Source: an uncultured Deferribacteres bacterium
GTDB lineage: Bacteria; Zhuqueibacterota; Zhuqueibacteria; Zhuqueibacterales; Geothermadaptataceae
Assembly (NCBI GenBank): GCA_964014485.1
Contig: CAXHAT010000094.1
Span: 1 to 28,588, forward strand
DNA length: 28,588 nt
Direction of reading: 5' to 3'
The notes under the pieces are model-generated. The model saw only the letters and a program-made list of their open reading frames with translations, had not been told where the DNA came from and searched no databases. Both the position numbers and the translations under genes were made by a program. Positions within the stretch are counted from its first letter, which is position 1, and the number at the start of each line of letters is the position of its first letter. Of the stretch, positions 18,518 to 27,111 are shown piece by piece.

Positions 18518-19462
18518 TTGTTTGCAGGCTGCGGCGGGTTTTCATTGGGGTTTATGAACGCCGGTTTCAATGTCGTCGCGGCGTTTGACAGTTGGAAATC
18601 GGCGATTGCAGTTTATCGCCAAAACTTCCCAGACCTTCCCGTTTTCGAACTTGATCTTTCCAGTGAAGACGCTGCACAACGCGTTGCAGAACATAAACCG
18701 GACGTCATTATTGGCGGGCCGCCGTGTCAGGATTTTTCGTCGGCGGGAAAACGGGATGAATCCTCGGGGCGCGCCGCTTTAACAATCTGTTTTGCGCAGA
18801 TTGTTGACGAAGTCAAACCTGCATGGTTTGTGATGGAAAACGTCGAACGCGCGAAAAAAAGCCGTTCGTTGCAGAAAGCCAACAAGATTTTTAGACGGGC
18901 TGGTTATGGCTTGACCCTGGTCGTATTGGACGCCGGCTTGTGCGGCGCGCCGCAAAAAAGAAAACGTCTGTTCATTATTGGAAAGCTTGGCGGAAAGGAC
19001 GACGCGCTCAAAGCCCGACTCGTGAATCATCTGAGCGGCAAGCCGACGTCGATGCGCGATTATTTCGGCGACGCATTGGATTTCGAACACTACTATCGCC
19101 ACCCGCGCAGCTACAAGCGGCGCGGAATTTTCAGCATCGATGAACCCAGCCCGACGATTCGCGGCGTGAGTCGACCCATGCCAAAGGGCTATCCCGGTCA
19201 TCCTGGTGACAGTGCGCCGAAGTCCGCAACCATTCGTCCGCTGACAACTGAAATGCGCAGTCAGGTGCAAACCTTTCCCGAGCGTTTTATTTTGGAAGGA
19301 TCAAAAACGGACTTGGAGCAAATGATCGGCAACGCCGTTCCAGTCAAGCTGGCTGAATATGTAGGAATGCAACTATTGGATCAAATTCAGGAGGGACTTT
19401 CTTTCCAATTACAGCTTTCTCAAGTATTCGAGAAATTAGCGAACGTCGATGCCGATGCCTGA
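18518..19462 (+). CDS. DNA (cytosine-5)-methyltransferase, orphan; true start upstream and uncertain
   Basis: Motif I (KVVDL)FAGCGG, IV GGPPCQDFS, VI MENV, VIII QKRKR, X IGNAVP. The TRD YYRHPRSY..RGIFSIDEPSPTIRG resembles from memory the M.HgiDI/M.HindV (GRCGYC) group. Confidence 0.92.
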   Translation: MFAGCGGFSLGFMNAGFNVVAAFDSWKSAIAVYRQNFPDLPVFELDLSSEDAAQRVAEHKPDVIIGGPPCQDFSSAGKRDESSGRAALTICFAQIVDEVKPAWFVMENVERAKKSRSLQKANKIFRRAGYGLTLVVLDAGLCGAPQKRKRLFIIGKLGGKDDALKARLVNHLSGKPTSMRDYFGDALDFEHYYRHPRSYKRRGIFSIDEPSPTIRGVSRPMPKGYPGHPGDSAPKSATIRPLTTEMRSQVQTFPERFILEGSKTDLEQMIGNAVPVKLAEYVGMQLLDQIQEGLSFQLQLSQVFEKLANVDADA

Positions 19463-19650
19463 AGGAAAGGTAAAACAAGCTTGAAAAACCAGGGAAGACG
19501 CTTACAAACAAAGTAGATTTTGTCAGCAAAAATAAAAAGCGATTGTTTCGTAGCCATTAGGGCGGCACAGCCCAAGCGGGCTGTTTCGAGAGAAAGAAAC
19601 GCTGCAACACATCCAGGCGCTATTGAAATCCGCGTAAGTAAAACAACCCC

Positions 19651-19690
19651 AAAGCCGTTCTCGCTTTCGCGGACGGCTTTTCTTCTTTTT
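19651..19690 (+). terminator. Intrinsic terminator
   Basis: AAAGCCGT...ACGGCTTT stem followed by a T-rich tract. Confidence 0.6.
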
Positions 19691-19779
19691 TGAGCAGGAG
19701 AAACCTATCGCTTGGTTTAACCTGCAACAGGTATTACTTTATATCCTCAATTTTATGAATACATTACCGGGAGCGCTCA

Positions 19780-20079
19780 ATGGATGAAATGAAAATCGAT
19801 ATTGCAACTGCGATGACACAATTACGCACCGAACTGCTGGAAGCGATTGATCAGGGAGAAAAAAGTTACCTGAAATTCGATCTCAAAGAAGTAGAAGTCG
19901 AATTCAAATGCTCCGTTCGCGCCGATGAAACCGCCAAGCTCGGCTTTAAATTCTGGTTGATTAATGGGCAACTAACCGGGAAAGACTCGGAAGAAATCGT
20001 ACAAACTGTGAAGCTAAAGTTAGACCCGCAACTCAGCGGGAAAAGCGTTCAGTTGAGCGACGAAGATAATCCGAGATAG
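19780..20079 (+). CDS. Trypco2-like (trypsin co-occurring) small protein
   Basis: Pattern AMTQLRTELLEA...LKFDLKEVEVEF...GFKFWLI...QTVKLKLDP, immediately upstream of a trypsin-like gene. Confidence 0.75.
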   Translation: MDEMKIDIATAMTQLRTELLEAIDQGEKSYLKFDLKEVEVEFKCSVRADETAKLGFKFWLINGQLTGKDSEEIVQTVKLKLDPQLSGKSVQLSDEDNPR

Positions 20080-20116
20080 TTTTTATATGCAGCAAACGAA
20101 ATAGGGGACAGGAGTT

Positions 20117-21556
20117 ATGATCGAACAGGACTGGCTTGCGGAAGTCGCGGCGCCCATTCCGGGCAAGAACGCCTCGAAAATCAGCACCGGCGCGCCGATT
20201 AGCCGCCGATTGTTGCTGACAACCGGCCACGGCGTACCGCAAGAGAAAGATCAGGAAATCAAGATTCGCTTTATTCGCGATTTTAGAGAAGGTAGAGATT
20301 GGCGAACGGCGCAAACCATTTGGCACGGTAAAAAGTACGGTATTGATGCGGCATTGCTCGAGTTCGATACCATCAAGGAACTCGATTCTTTCATTTACAC
20401 CGGAATGCGCCCCGTCAATCCGGTTGAATGGTACGGGGCCGGATTTGCGGCGGCGGGAAAGATTACGGAAGGCGAACTTGCCGGCTATCGTGATGCGCCG
20501 GGACTGGTTGGAAAGCTCAACCCCATGGGCAATCCGAAGACCGATCTGCTCGATCTAACGGTAGAAGCCAAGCCAGTCAAACCTAAGCTTTGGGCGGGGA
20601 TTTCCGGCGCGCCGGTTATATTCCATGGGCAATTGATCGGAATTATCCAGTCTCTCGATGAAGATTTCGGCGGCGACCGTCTCAACGCCATGCCCATGCA
20701 GCGCTTGCTTGAAATCCCCGAATTTTGCAAGCTGATCGTCTTCGAAGACCGCGAAGACCTTGTCAAGTCGTCACGTCACGATTTGGTGAACACGCTGAAA
20801 GAATCCGAAGAAGCCATGACCGCCCTGCACGCCCAAAAAGCGTTGAAGAACATCGTCAAAGGCGCGGAGACCATCATCGATGCATTGTTTAAGATGGATT
20901 TAGAAACGTTCTCCATAACTCTGCGCGGGGCGATTCGCAACCCTTGCGTCAAGTCGTCGGCTTCCGCCAACGTTCTTTTTGATACCCTGGATCGCATGCT
21001 GCCCATTCTTTATGACGCATCCACCATCGCCTCCGTCAAAACCCAAATTGGAGAATTTAATTTTATCCGCCTGCCCGTGCATACGCATACGATTGCGGAA
21101 ATCATTATGGCGGGCGTCGACCGCCGTCCAGTCAAATTTAAAAAACCCGTTAAAGGAACGGAACATCCGGTCGGTACTTTCAATATCGATTCGCAGCCGG
21201 AAACGGGTTTTGATCTGCAAAACGAAGCTGCGATCACCGACGTCGAAAATCACCTGGCCAAAAAGCTTTTGCCGGAGAGCGACTTTGCGGTTAGAAAAGA
21301 GACGCTGCACACGCTTATCAATGAAGAACTTGAATACCGCTCGGAAAACAACGACGAAGGCGGCGAAGCCTTGCGCCACTACTTCATTTATCGTGAAGAC
21401 GCCGTGCGAGATGATCTAGTCGCTTCCTTGAAACGCATTTTTCACCAAATCAAGTTTATCGCTATAACCGGAACCGAAGCGTCCTTGATTGAAGAGCGGC
21501 GCATCAGTCGGCCGCTAAGAGACGCCTACGAACGCAGGAGAGATGAAAAAAAATGA
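20117..21556 (+). CDS. Trypsin-like serine peptidase fused to an uncharacterised C-terminal domain (probable MoxR/vWA-associated protein)
   Basis: Catalytic triad LLTTGHGV (His), DAALL (Asp), GISGAPV (Ser). No signal peptide. Stop overlaps the MoxR start. Confidence 0.8.
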   Translation: MIEQDWLAEVAAPIPGKNASKISTGAPISRRLLLTTGHGVPQEKDQEIKIRFIRDFREGRDWRTAQTIWHGKKYGIDAALLEFDTIKELDSFIYTGMRPVNPVEWYGAGFAAAGKITEGELAGYRDAPGLVGKLNPMGNPKTDLLDLTVEAKPVKPKLWAGISGAPVIFHGQLIGIIQSLDEDFGGDRLNAMPMQRLLEIPEFCKLIVFEDREDLVKSSRHDLVNTLKESEEAMTALHAQKALKNIVKGAETIIDALFKMDLETFSITLRGAIRNPCVKSSASANVLFDTLDRMLPILYDASTIASVKTQIGEFNFIRLPVHTHTIAEIIMAGVDRRPVKFKKPVKGTEHPVGTFNIDSQPETGFDLQNEAAITDVENHLAKKLLPESDFAVRKETLHTLINEELEYRSENNDEGGEALRHYFIYREDAVRDDLVASLKRIFHQIKFIAITGTEASLIEERRISRPLRDAYERRRDEKK

Positions 21557-22530
21557 CCTGGAAACACCTGAGCTTCAAAACCAACGAAAAACCCGTCGTC
21601 GAGCTCGATGCGCTGGACAAGGGCCTGGAGCAAGTGCATTTGTTCGATGACGATTCCATCGCCGCCGTCAACGCCGCCATTGCCGCACGACGGCCTCTGC
21701 TGGTGCGGGGCGAACCTGGCACCGGCAAAACGCAACTGGCCCGCGCCGCCGCCAAGAAGCTCGGCTGGGCGTTTATTCCCGCCACCGTAGACGCTCGCAC
21801 CGAAGCCAGCGAATTGTTCTACACCGTCGACGCCGTCACCCGCCTGGGCAAGGCCCAGGCCGTCGCCGCGCTGGGCGTGAAAACCGCTTCGGAAGTCGAA
21901 GGTCTGCTCAACGAAAAAAATTACGTCATACCGGGCGAGCTCTGGTGGGCGTTCAACTGGCAATCGGCCCAGGAGCAGGCTGACTTGGCCAAAAGCGAGA
22001 CAATGGCTTTGCCGGACAAAGGCGATCCGGACGAAGGCCGGGTGCTGCTCATCGATGAAATCGACAAGGCCGACGCCGACTTGCCCAACAGCCTGCTTGA
22101 AGCTTTCGGCGCCTGGCAATTCAGGCCGAAGGGCTTCGAAGGTTCCGTTTTGCGCGAAGAAAAACCCATTCTCGTGATTATTACCACCAACGAGGAGCGC
22201 GCCCTGCCCGACGCCTTCGTGCGCCGTTGTCTGGTCTTGCATCTCGCCTTCGAAGAAAACAACCTGGTCGATTTCTTCGTCAAGCGCGGCAAGGTGCATT
22301 TCCCCAAAATGACGCTTCCCATTCTAAAATACGCCGCCGAACAAGTGGAAAAAGACCGCAAACGCTGGCGCAGCGAACACCCCGGCGTACCGGCGCCCGG
22401 TCTGGCGGAATACCTCGACCTGCTGCGCGCCGTGCATGATCTTTCCGACGGCAAGGCCGAAAAACAGAAGGGCTTGCTTGATGACATTAAACACTTCGCC
22501 CTGGACAAGCATCCGAAAGGACCGGCGTGA
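21553..22530 (+). CDS. MoxR-family AAA+ ATPase
   Basis: RPLLVRGEPGTGKT (Walker A), VLLIDEIDKAD (Walker B), ITTNEERALPDAFVRRC. Confidence 0.93.
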   Translation: MTWKHLSFKTNEKPVVELDALDKGLEQVHLFDDDSIAAVNAAIAARRPLLVRGEPGTGKTQLARAAAKKLGWAFIPATVDARTEASELFYTVDAVTRLGKAQAVAALGVKTASEVEGLLNEKNYVIPGELWWAFNWQSAQEQADLAKSETMALPDKGDPDEGRVLLIDEIDKADADLPNSLLEAFGAWQFRPKGFEGSVLREEKPILVIITTNEERALPDAFVRRCLVLHLAFEENNLVDFFVKRGKVHFPKMTLPILKYAAEQVEKDRKRWRSEHPGVPAPGLAEYLDLLRAVHDLSDGKAEKQKGLLDDIKHFALDKHPKGPA

Positions 22531-25500
22531 TGAGCTTTTGCGGACGCGGCGACCTGCTGCGCATTTTGGCGCACACACAGGACGAACAGCGCATCGCCCG
22601 CTTCGTCGGCTATAAAGCGGGGTTTCGACCGACGGCGGCGCCCTCGAAGCCCGCAAAGCCTGGAGAAGCGCCAGCGCCGTCCGACGCCCCGAAAGACGAA
22701 AAGCCGGAAGAAAAAATCATCATCAAACACATGGACGCACCTTTTTTCGTCCCGGTGCGCTTTGATCCGGTTGAGCCGGAAGAAAAAGAAGAGGTCGAGA
22801 AAAACCGCCTCACCCTCGCCGATTTGCTCGACACCCGCCTGAGCCTTGAACCGCCGCCGCCAACGCCGCTCCTGGCGCCCTGGTCGCGCCTCGAACGCCG
22901 GGCCGCCGCGCTGCTGAAAGAACCCGCCCCCAGCAGGATGCTCGACATCCAAAAACTGATCGACTGCATGACGCGCGCGCAAGTGCTGGAAAAAATTCCC
23001 CGCAAGCAAAGAAAACGCTGGCCGCGTCGCTTACGCCTTGTCGTCGACAGAAGCGCGCATCTTACGCCGTTTTACCATGACCAGGACGAGGCTGTTTCCA
23101 GGCTGGAAGCCGCCATCGGGACGGGGAACGTCGACCTTTTTCTCATGGATGAAAGCGCGAAGAAGCCCAGGCCTGTGCGACGATTACGACAGCGCGGCGT
23201 TACCTTCGCGCACAACCCCGAAACGCCGGTTTTGGCGCTCGGCGATTGCGGCGCGCTTACCCTGTACGATCAGAATGCGCGCAAGTGGCTCGCGCTCGGT
23301 GAAGCGGTGCGCGAAGAAGGCGGCGCGCCAAAACTCCTGTCCTTTGCGCCACCGTGCCGGTTGTCGGCGATGCTCACATCTTGCTGGCAATGGCGCACCT
23401 GGCAAGATCGCCGTCTGTATCCCCATATTTTGGATGAGCGTACACTGGCGGAGAACGCTCTCAACCTACTGACCCTGACCGCGCACGCCAACGGCGTTGA
23501 GCCCGGTCTTTTGCGTGAATTGCGCAATCTTTTGCCCGCCAACCAAGCGGACGCCGGTACGGAAGCCGACGTTTGGGCGCATCCTTACGTTGTCGGCGTT
23601 TTCGTTTCCGGGTTTAGCGTCTCGCCGGAAAAAGTCAAGGAATTGCGGGACGGTTTTGCCGAACTCGACGATCATTTGCGGGCGCGGGCGCTGCGGGTGA
23701 TCGAAAAATGGCGGCAATCGAAGCCGATGGAAATCTGGTTTGAAGAACTGCTTGGCTTGAGCAATGAAAAGGATAAAAAGCTCTACCGGAAAGATCGGGC
23801 GCGCGCCCAGGCTTTTTTTACCCGTTACGCACAAACCATTCAACATGAATCCCAAAAGAGCGACGGCGTGATCTTTAAGGGTCTGGCCGCCCACCTGCTG
23901 CGCATGAGAGAACGCACAGATTATGACGGCGCCACCTGGGACAGGGAGACAATTTTAGGTCGGGAGCTGCACGCCGCATTGGAAAAGGCGCTCGAAGGCA
24001 GACGAGTGGTTAAAATCCCCGTGGGCGGCGCGCCGCAAGACTGGGGCGATCCCGGCGAACGCCGCGAATGGCGCTTTGTGCAGCGGGGCGAAACGTTTGA
24101 AGTGACGCAAAAAAGCGCCGCTGAACCGCCGCCCAACGCCAGTCCGGTCGCATCCTTGCAATCGACCCGCCCAATCTTCGATCTTGCTCGAGCGGCAGCG
24201 CCAACTGAGCGTCTTTTTAAGCCGCTATGGGCGCAAGACGTTGGCGAAGACCAGTTTGGGATTTGGGCGATGATTCACGTCGGCGAGGCGGAGCAAAAAC
24301 TGCGCTGGATCGCACCCGGCGAATTCATGATGGGTTCGCCAGAAAATGAAGAAGGGCGCTACGATGACGAAAAGCAGCATCACGTTACCTTGACGCGCGG
24401 TTTTTGGCTGTTCGACGCGCCGGTGACGCAAGCGCTTTGGCAAGCGGTCATGGGCGAAAATCCGAGCGATTTCAAAGGCGAAAACCTGCCAGTGGAAAAC
24501 GTAAGCTGGGAAGATTGCCAGGCGTTTCTCGAAAAAATCAATCAATCCACCGGCCTGGCTTTGTCTTTGCCCAGTGAGGCGCAATGGGAATACGCCTGCC
24601 GCGCTGGAACGACCGGTGCGCGCTATCACGACAATATCGATGAAATCGCCTGGTACACGGACAACAGCGGCTCTAAAACGCACCCGGTCGGCGAAAAACA
24701 TCCGAACGCCTGGGGCCTTTATGACATGCTCGGCAATGTGGACGAATGGTGCCAGGATTATAGAGAAGAAAACTATCCCGACGAACCGGTGATCGATCCG
24801 CTCGGCCCGGAAACCGGCGCCAGGCGCGTGATTCGCGGCGGCAGTTGGAGCGACTACGCTCGCCTCGTGCGTGCGGCTTGTCGCGGCTGGGTCAGGCCAG
24901 GCTACCGCAGCAGCAGCCTGGGCTTCCGGTGCTCCCAGTTCCCGTTGCCGGAGGACGACGCGGATGCGCTAGCCGGTTTAAGCGGAGCGAGCAAAGTTGA
25001 GCCGGTCTCGGCGGAGCCGGACGGCGAAACTGCAGCAAGCGCAGCGGCCGCGCACACCAGCGACAAGTCCGGGGAGCGCCGCAAACGGCGCATCCAGGAA
25101 CTCAAGCCCGATTGGGCCGCTACCATCGGCGAAGATCGCTATGGCCTATGGACGAATTTTCGGCTGCGGGAAATCGAACAGCGCCTGCGCTGGATCGCGC
25201 CCGGCGAATTTCTCATGGGCTCGCCGGAAGGCGAACAAGGTCGTTTCCCGGAGCGCGAGAAACAACACCGGGTCACCCTTACACAGGGCTTCTGGCTGTT
25301 CGATACGCCGGTGACGCAGGCGCTCTGGCAGGCGGTTATGAGCAAGAATCCGAGCTATTTCCAAAGTCCGACGCGACCCGTCGAGCAAGTGAGTTGGGAC
25401 GATTGCCGGAAATTCATCGAAAAAATCAATCAATCCAGCGGAATGGTTTTATCTCTGCCGACTGAGGCGCAATGGGAGTACGCCTGCCGCGCCGGAACCA

Positions 25501-26075
25501 CGACGGCGACTTACGCCGGCGATCTTGAAATTTTAGGTCAAAACAACGCGCCAATTCTCGATGAAATCGCTTGGTACGGCGGCAACAGCGGCGTCGATTT
25601 TGAACTGGAGAACGGATATGATGTGTCCGGTTGGTCGGAAAAACAATACGATCATCAAAAAGCGGGCACGCATCCAGTCGCCGAGAAACAACCGAACGCC
25701 TGGGGTCTCTACGACATGCTCGGCAATGTCTGGGAATGGTGTCAGGACTGGCTCGAAAATTATCCCGACGAGACGATGGTCGACCCAATCGGCCCGGAAA
25801 CCGGCGCCGGGCGCGTGATTCGCGGCGGCAGTTGGTACAGCTTCGCTCGCTACGTGCGTGCGGCTTATCGCTACTGGTACGAGCCAGGCTACCGCAACTA
25901 CTACCTGGGCTTCCGGTGCTCCCAGTTCCAAGTACAGGAGGAAGGCGCGGCAGCGCTAGCCGGATTAAGCGGAGCGAGCAAGGTTGAGCCGGTCTCGGCG
26001 GAGCCGGACGGCGAGACCGCAGCAAGCGCAGCGGCGTCGACCTTGCGAAAAATTTTTAGGCGTAAAAAGACATGA
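22527..26075 (+). CDS. DGR target: vWA-like N-terminal region plus two tandem FGE-sulfatase (CLec-fold) domains, each ending in a variable region
   Basis: LVVDRS and VLALGD vWA-like motifs. Two copies of FxMGS...PVTQALW...LPxEAQWEYACRAG...PNAWGLYDMLGNVxEWC...RVIRGGSW...LGFR. Confidence 0.92.
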   Translation: MMSFCGRGDLLRILAHTQDEQRIARFVGYKAGFRPTAAPSKPAKPGEAPAPSDAPKDEKPEEKIIIKHMDAPFFVPVRFDPVEPEEKEEVEKNRLTLADLLDTRLSLEPPPPTPLLAPWSRLERRAAALLKEPAPSRMLDIQKLIDCMTRAQVLEKIPRKQRKRWPRRLRLVVDRSAHLTPFYHDQDEAVSRLEAAIGTGNVDLFLMDESAKKPRPVRRLRQRGVTFAHNPETPVLALGDCGALTLYDQNARKWLALGEAVREEGGAPKLLSFAPPCRLSAMLTSCWQWRTWQDRRLYPHILDERTLAENALNLLTLTAHANGVEPGLLRELRNLLPANQADAGTEADVWAHPYVVGVFVSGFSVSPEKVKELRDGFAELDDHLRARALRVIEKWRQSKPMEIWFEELLGLSNEKDKKLYRKDRARAQAFFTRYAQTIQHESQKSDGVIFKGLAAHLLRMRERTDYDGATWDRETILGRELHAALEKALEGRRVVKIPVGGAPQDWGDPGERREWRFVQRGETFEVTQKSAAEPPPNASPVASLQSTRPIFDLARAAAPTERLFKPLWAQDVGEDQFGIWAMIHVGEAEQKLRWIAPGEFMMGSPENEEGRYDDEKQHHVTLTRGFWLFDAPVTQALWQAVMGENPSDFKGENLPVENVSWEDCQAFLEKINQSTGLALSLPSEAQWEYACRAGTTGARYHDNIDEIAWYTDNSGSKTHPVGEKHPNAWGLYDMLGNVDEWCQDYREENYPDEPVIDPLGPETGARRVIRGGSWSDYARLVRAACRGWVRPGYRSSSLGFRCSQFPLPEDDADALAGLSGASKVEPVSAEPDGETAASAAAAHTSDKSGERRKRRIQELKPDWAATIGEDRYGLWTNFRLREIEQRLRWIAPGEFLMGSPEGEQGRFPEREKQHRVTLTQGFWLFDTPVTQALWQAVMSKNPSYFQSPTRPVEQVSWDDCRKFIEKINQSSGMVLSLPTEAQWEYACRAGTTTATYAGDLEILGQNNAPILDEIAWYGGNSGVDFELENGYDVSGWSEKQYDHQKAGTHPVAEKQPNAWGLYDMLGNVWEWCQDWLENYPDETMVDPIGPETGAGRVIRGGSWYSFARYVRAAYRYWYEPGYRNYYLGFRCSQFQVQEEGAAALAGLSGASKVEPVSAEPDGETAASAAASTLRKIFRRKKT
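24816..24938 (+). repeat. DGR variable region 1 (VR1, internal)
   Basis: Ungapped 123-nt match to TR with 18 mismatches, 17 at TR adenines. Confidence 0.95.
24966..25048 (+). repeat. Post-VR 83-bp direct repeat, copy 1
   Basis: 79/83 identical to 25953-26035 and at the same distance from its VR. Confidence 0.9.
25803..25925 (+). repeat. DGR variable region 2 (VR2)
   Basis: Ungapped 123-nt match to TR with 15 mismatches, 14 at TR adenines. Confidence 0.95.
25953..26035 (+). repeat. Post-VR 83-bp direct repeat, copy 2, with GC-rich hairpin
   Basis: Contains the stem CGGTCTCG (25990-25997) / CGAGACCG (26012-26019). Confidence 0.9.
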
Positions 26076-26533
26076 AAATCCGAATATTCACCATCCCCGT
26101 TTTAGGTGGAGAAGACCTTGAGTCGGAACTGAATGGTTTTCTTTCAAGCCATCGAATCGTTTCCGTCGAAAAGCAGCTCGTGCAATCCGGCGGGCAAAGC
26201 TATTGGACGTTTTGCCTGACCTGGACGGAAGCGCGCACGACCCTGCCGGGCCGCAAGACAAGAATCGACTACAAGGAAATTCTGGACGAACGACAGTTCG
26301 CACTCTATGCCAAGCTGCGCGATCTGCGCAAAAGCCTATCCGAACAAGAAGGCGTTCCGGCTTACACGCTATTTACCAATGAACAGTTGGCGGAAATCGT
26401 CAAGCGGCAAGTCGTTTCAAAATCGGCGTTGGCGGCCATAAAAGGCGTTGGCCCGGCGCGTGTTGAAAAATACGGCGCGCCGGTTATTGCCTGCATTAAG
26501 GACTTTTTCGAAAAAGAGATTGGAGTTGAATAA
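26072..26533 (+). CDS. HRDC-domain protein (probable DGR accessory protein)
   Basis: LYAKLRDLRKSLSEQEGVPAYTLFTNEQLAEI...IKGVGPARVEKYG is an HRDC pattern. ATGA overlap with the target; lies between target and RT. Confidence 0.88.
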   Translation: MKIRIFTIPVLGGEDLESELNGFLSSHRIVSVEKQLVQSGGQSYWTFCLTWTEARTTLPGRKTRIDYKEILDERQFALYAKLRDLRKSLSEQEGVPAYTLFTNEQLAEIVKRQVVSKSALAAIKGVGPARVEKYGAPVIACIKDFFEKEIGVE

Positions 26534-26665
26534 TTCATGGATTCCAGCAATTTCAAAACAGATGAGAGAGAAACATCCCTCTGCTTTTCGAAGGGAGTTT
26601 GCGATTCCCCCTTCGGAGGGCTTTCAAATGTAGGTTTTTTCTTTTTACTCGAAAACGTTGTTTTT

Positions 26666-26742
26666 GTCATACCCGCGCAGGCGGGTATCCAGAATTTTCT
26701 GAGCGTACGGCGAGACTGGATGCCCGCCTGCGCGGGCATGAC
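26666..26742. repeat. Inverted pair of REP/dRS3-like palindromic units
   Basis: GTCATACCCGCGCAGGCGGGTATCCAG (26666-26692) and an inverted copy at 26716-26742. Confidence 0.85.
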
Positions 26743-26967
26743 ACGGTGGATTACACTCAGATTTTCAAAACCTGCCCCTGAAAGTCTTCGAAGGGGGACG
26801 ATTTGTGAATTCCGACTGATTCGGGAGAACAAATCAGGGGGATGTTCGCCAGGCATGCTTTTAAACTTAGTTTCAACAATTTGAGCCTGAAACGGCGGTT
26901 TGTAAATAACTGATGTTACGCATATAAGGCATAATCTCAAATTATGCCTGAAAAACACTGTTTCTAC

Positions 26968-27038
26968 GTCATTCCCGCGCAGGCGGGAATCCAGAGGCTC
27001 TGCGCGATTGACTGGATTCCCGCCTGCGCGGGAATGAC
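26968..27038. repeat. Inverted pair of REP/dRS3-like palindromic units
   Basis: GTCATTCCCGCGCAGGCGGGAATCCAG (26968-26994) and its exact reverse complement at 27012-27038. Confidence 0.9.
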
Positions 27039-27111
27039 TTCAACAGGAAGAATTTCTGTGTTGTGATTGGTGTGTAACATCAGTAAATAATTCAGGTGGA
27101 AGCAAACAGCC

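Larger units (their letters stand above)
3742..19462. mobile_element. Putative composite genomic island (right boundary unknown)
   Basis: Integrase and excisionase beside a tRNA, serine recombinase, radC, orphan MTase and an AT-richer cargo block. No att direct repeat found. Confidence 0.55.

Noticed and set aside
3755..19462. Prophage
   Set aside because: No capsid, terminase, tail or lysis genes recognised.
21526..23009. Long minus-strand ORFs 21526..22299 and 21921..23009
   Set aside because: Antisense shadows of the GC-rich MoxR and target genes, with no motifs.
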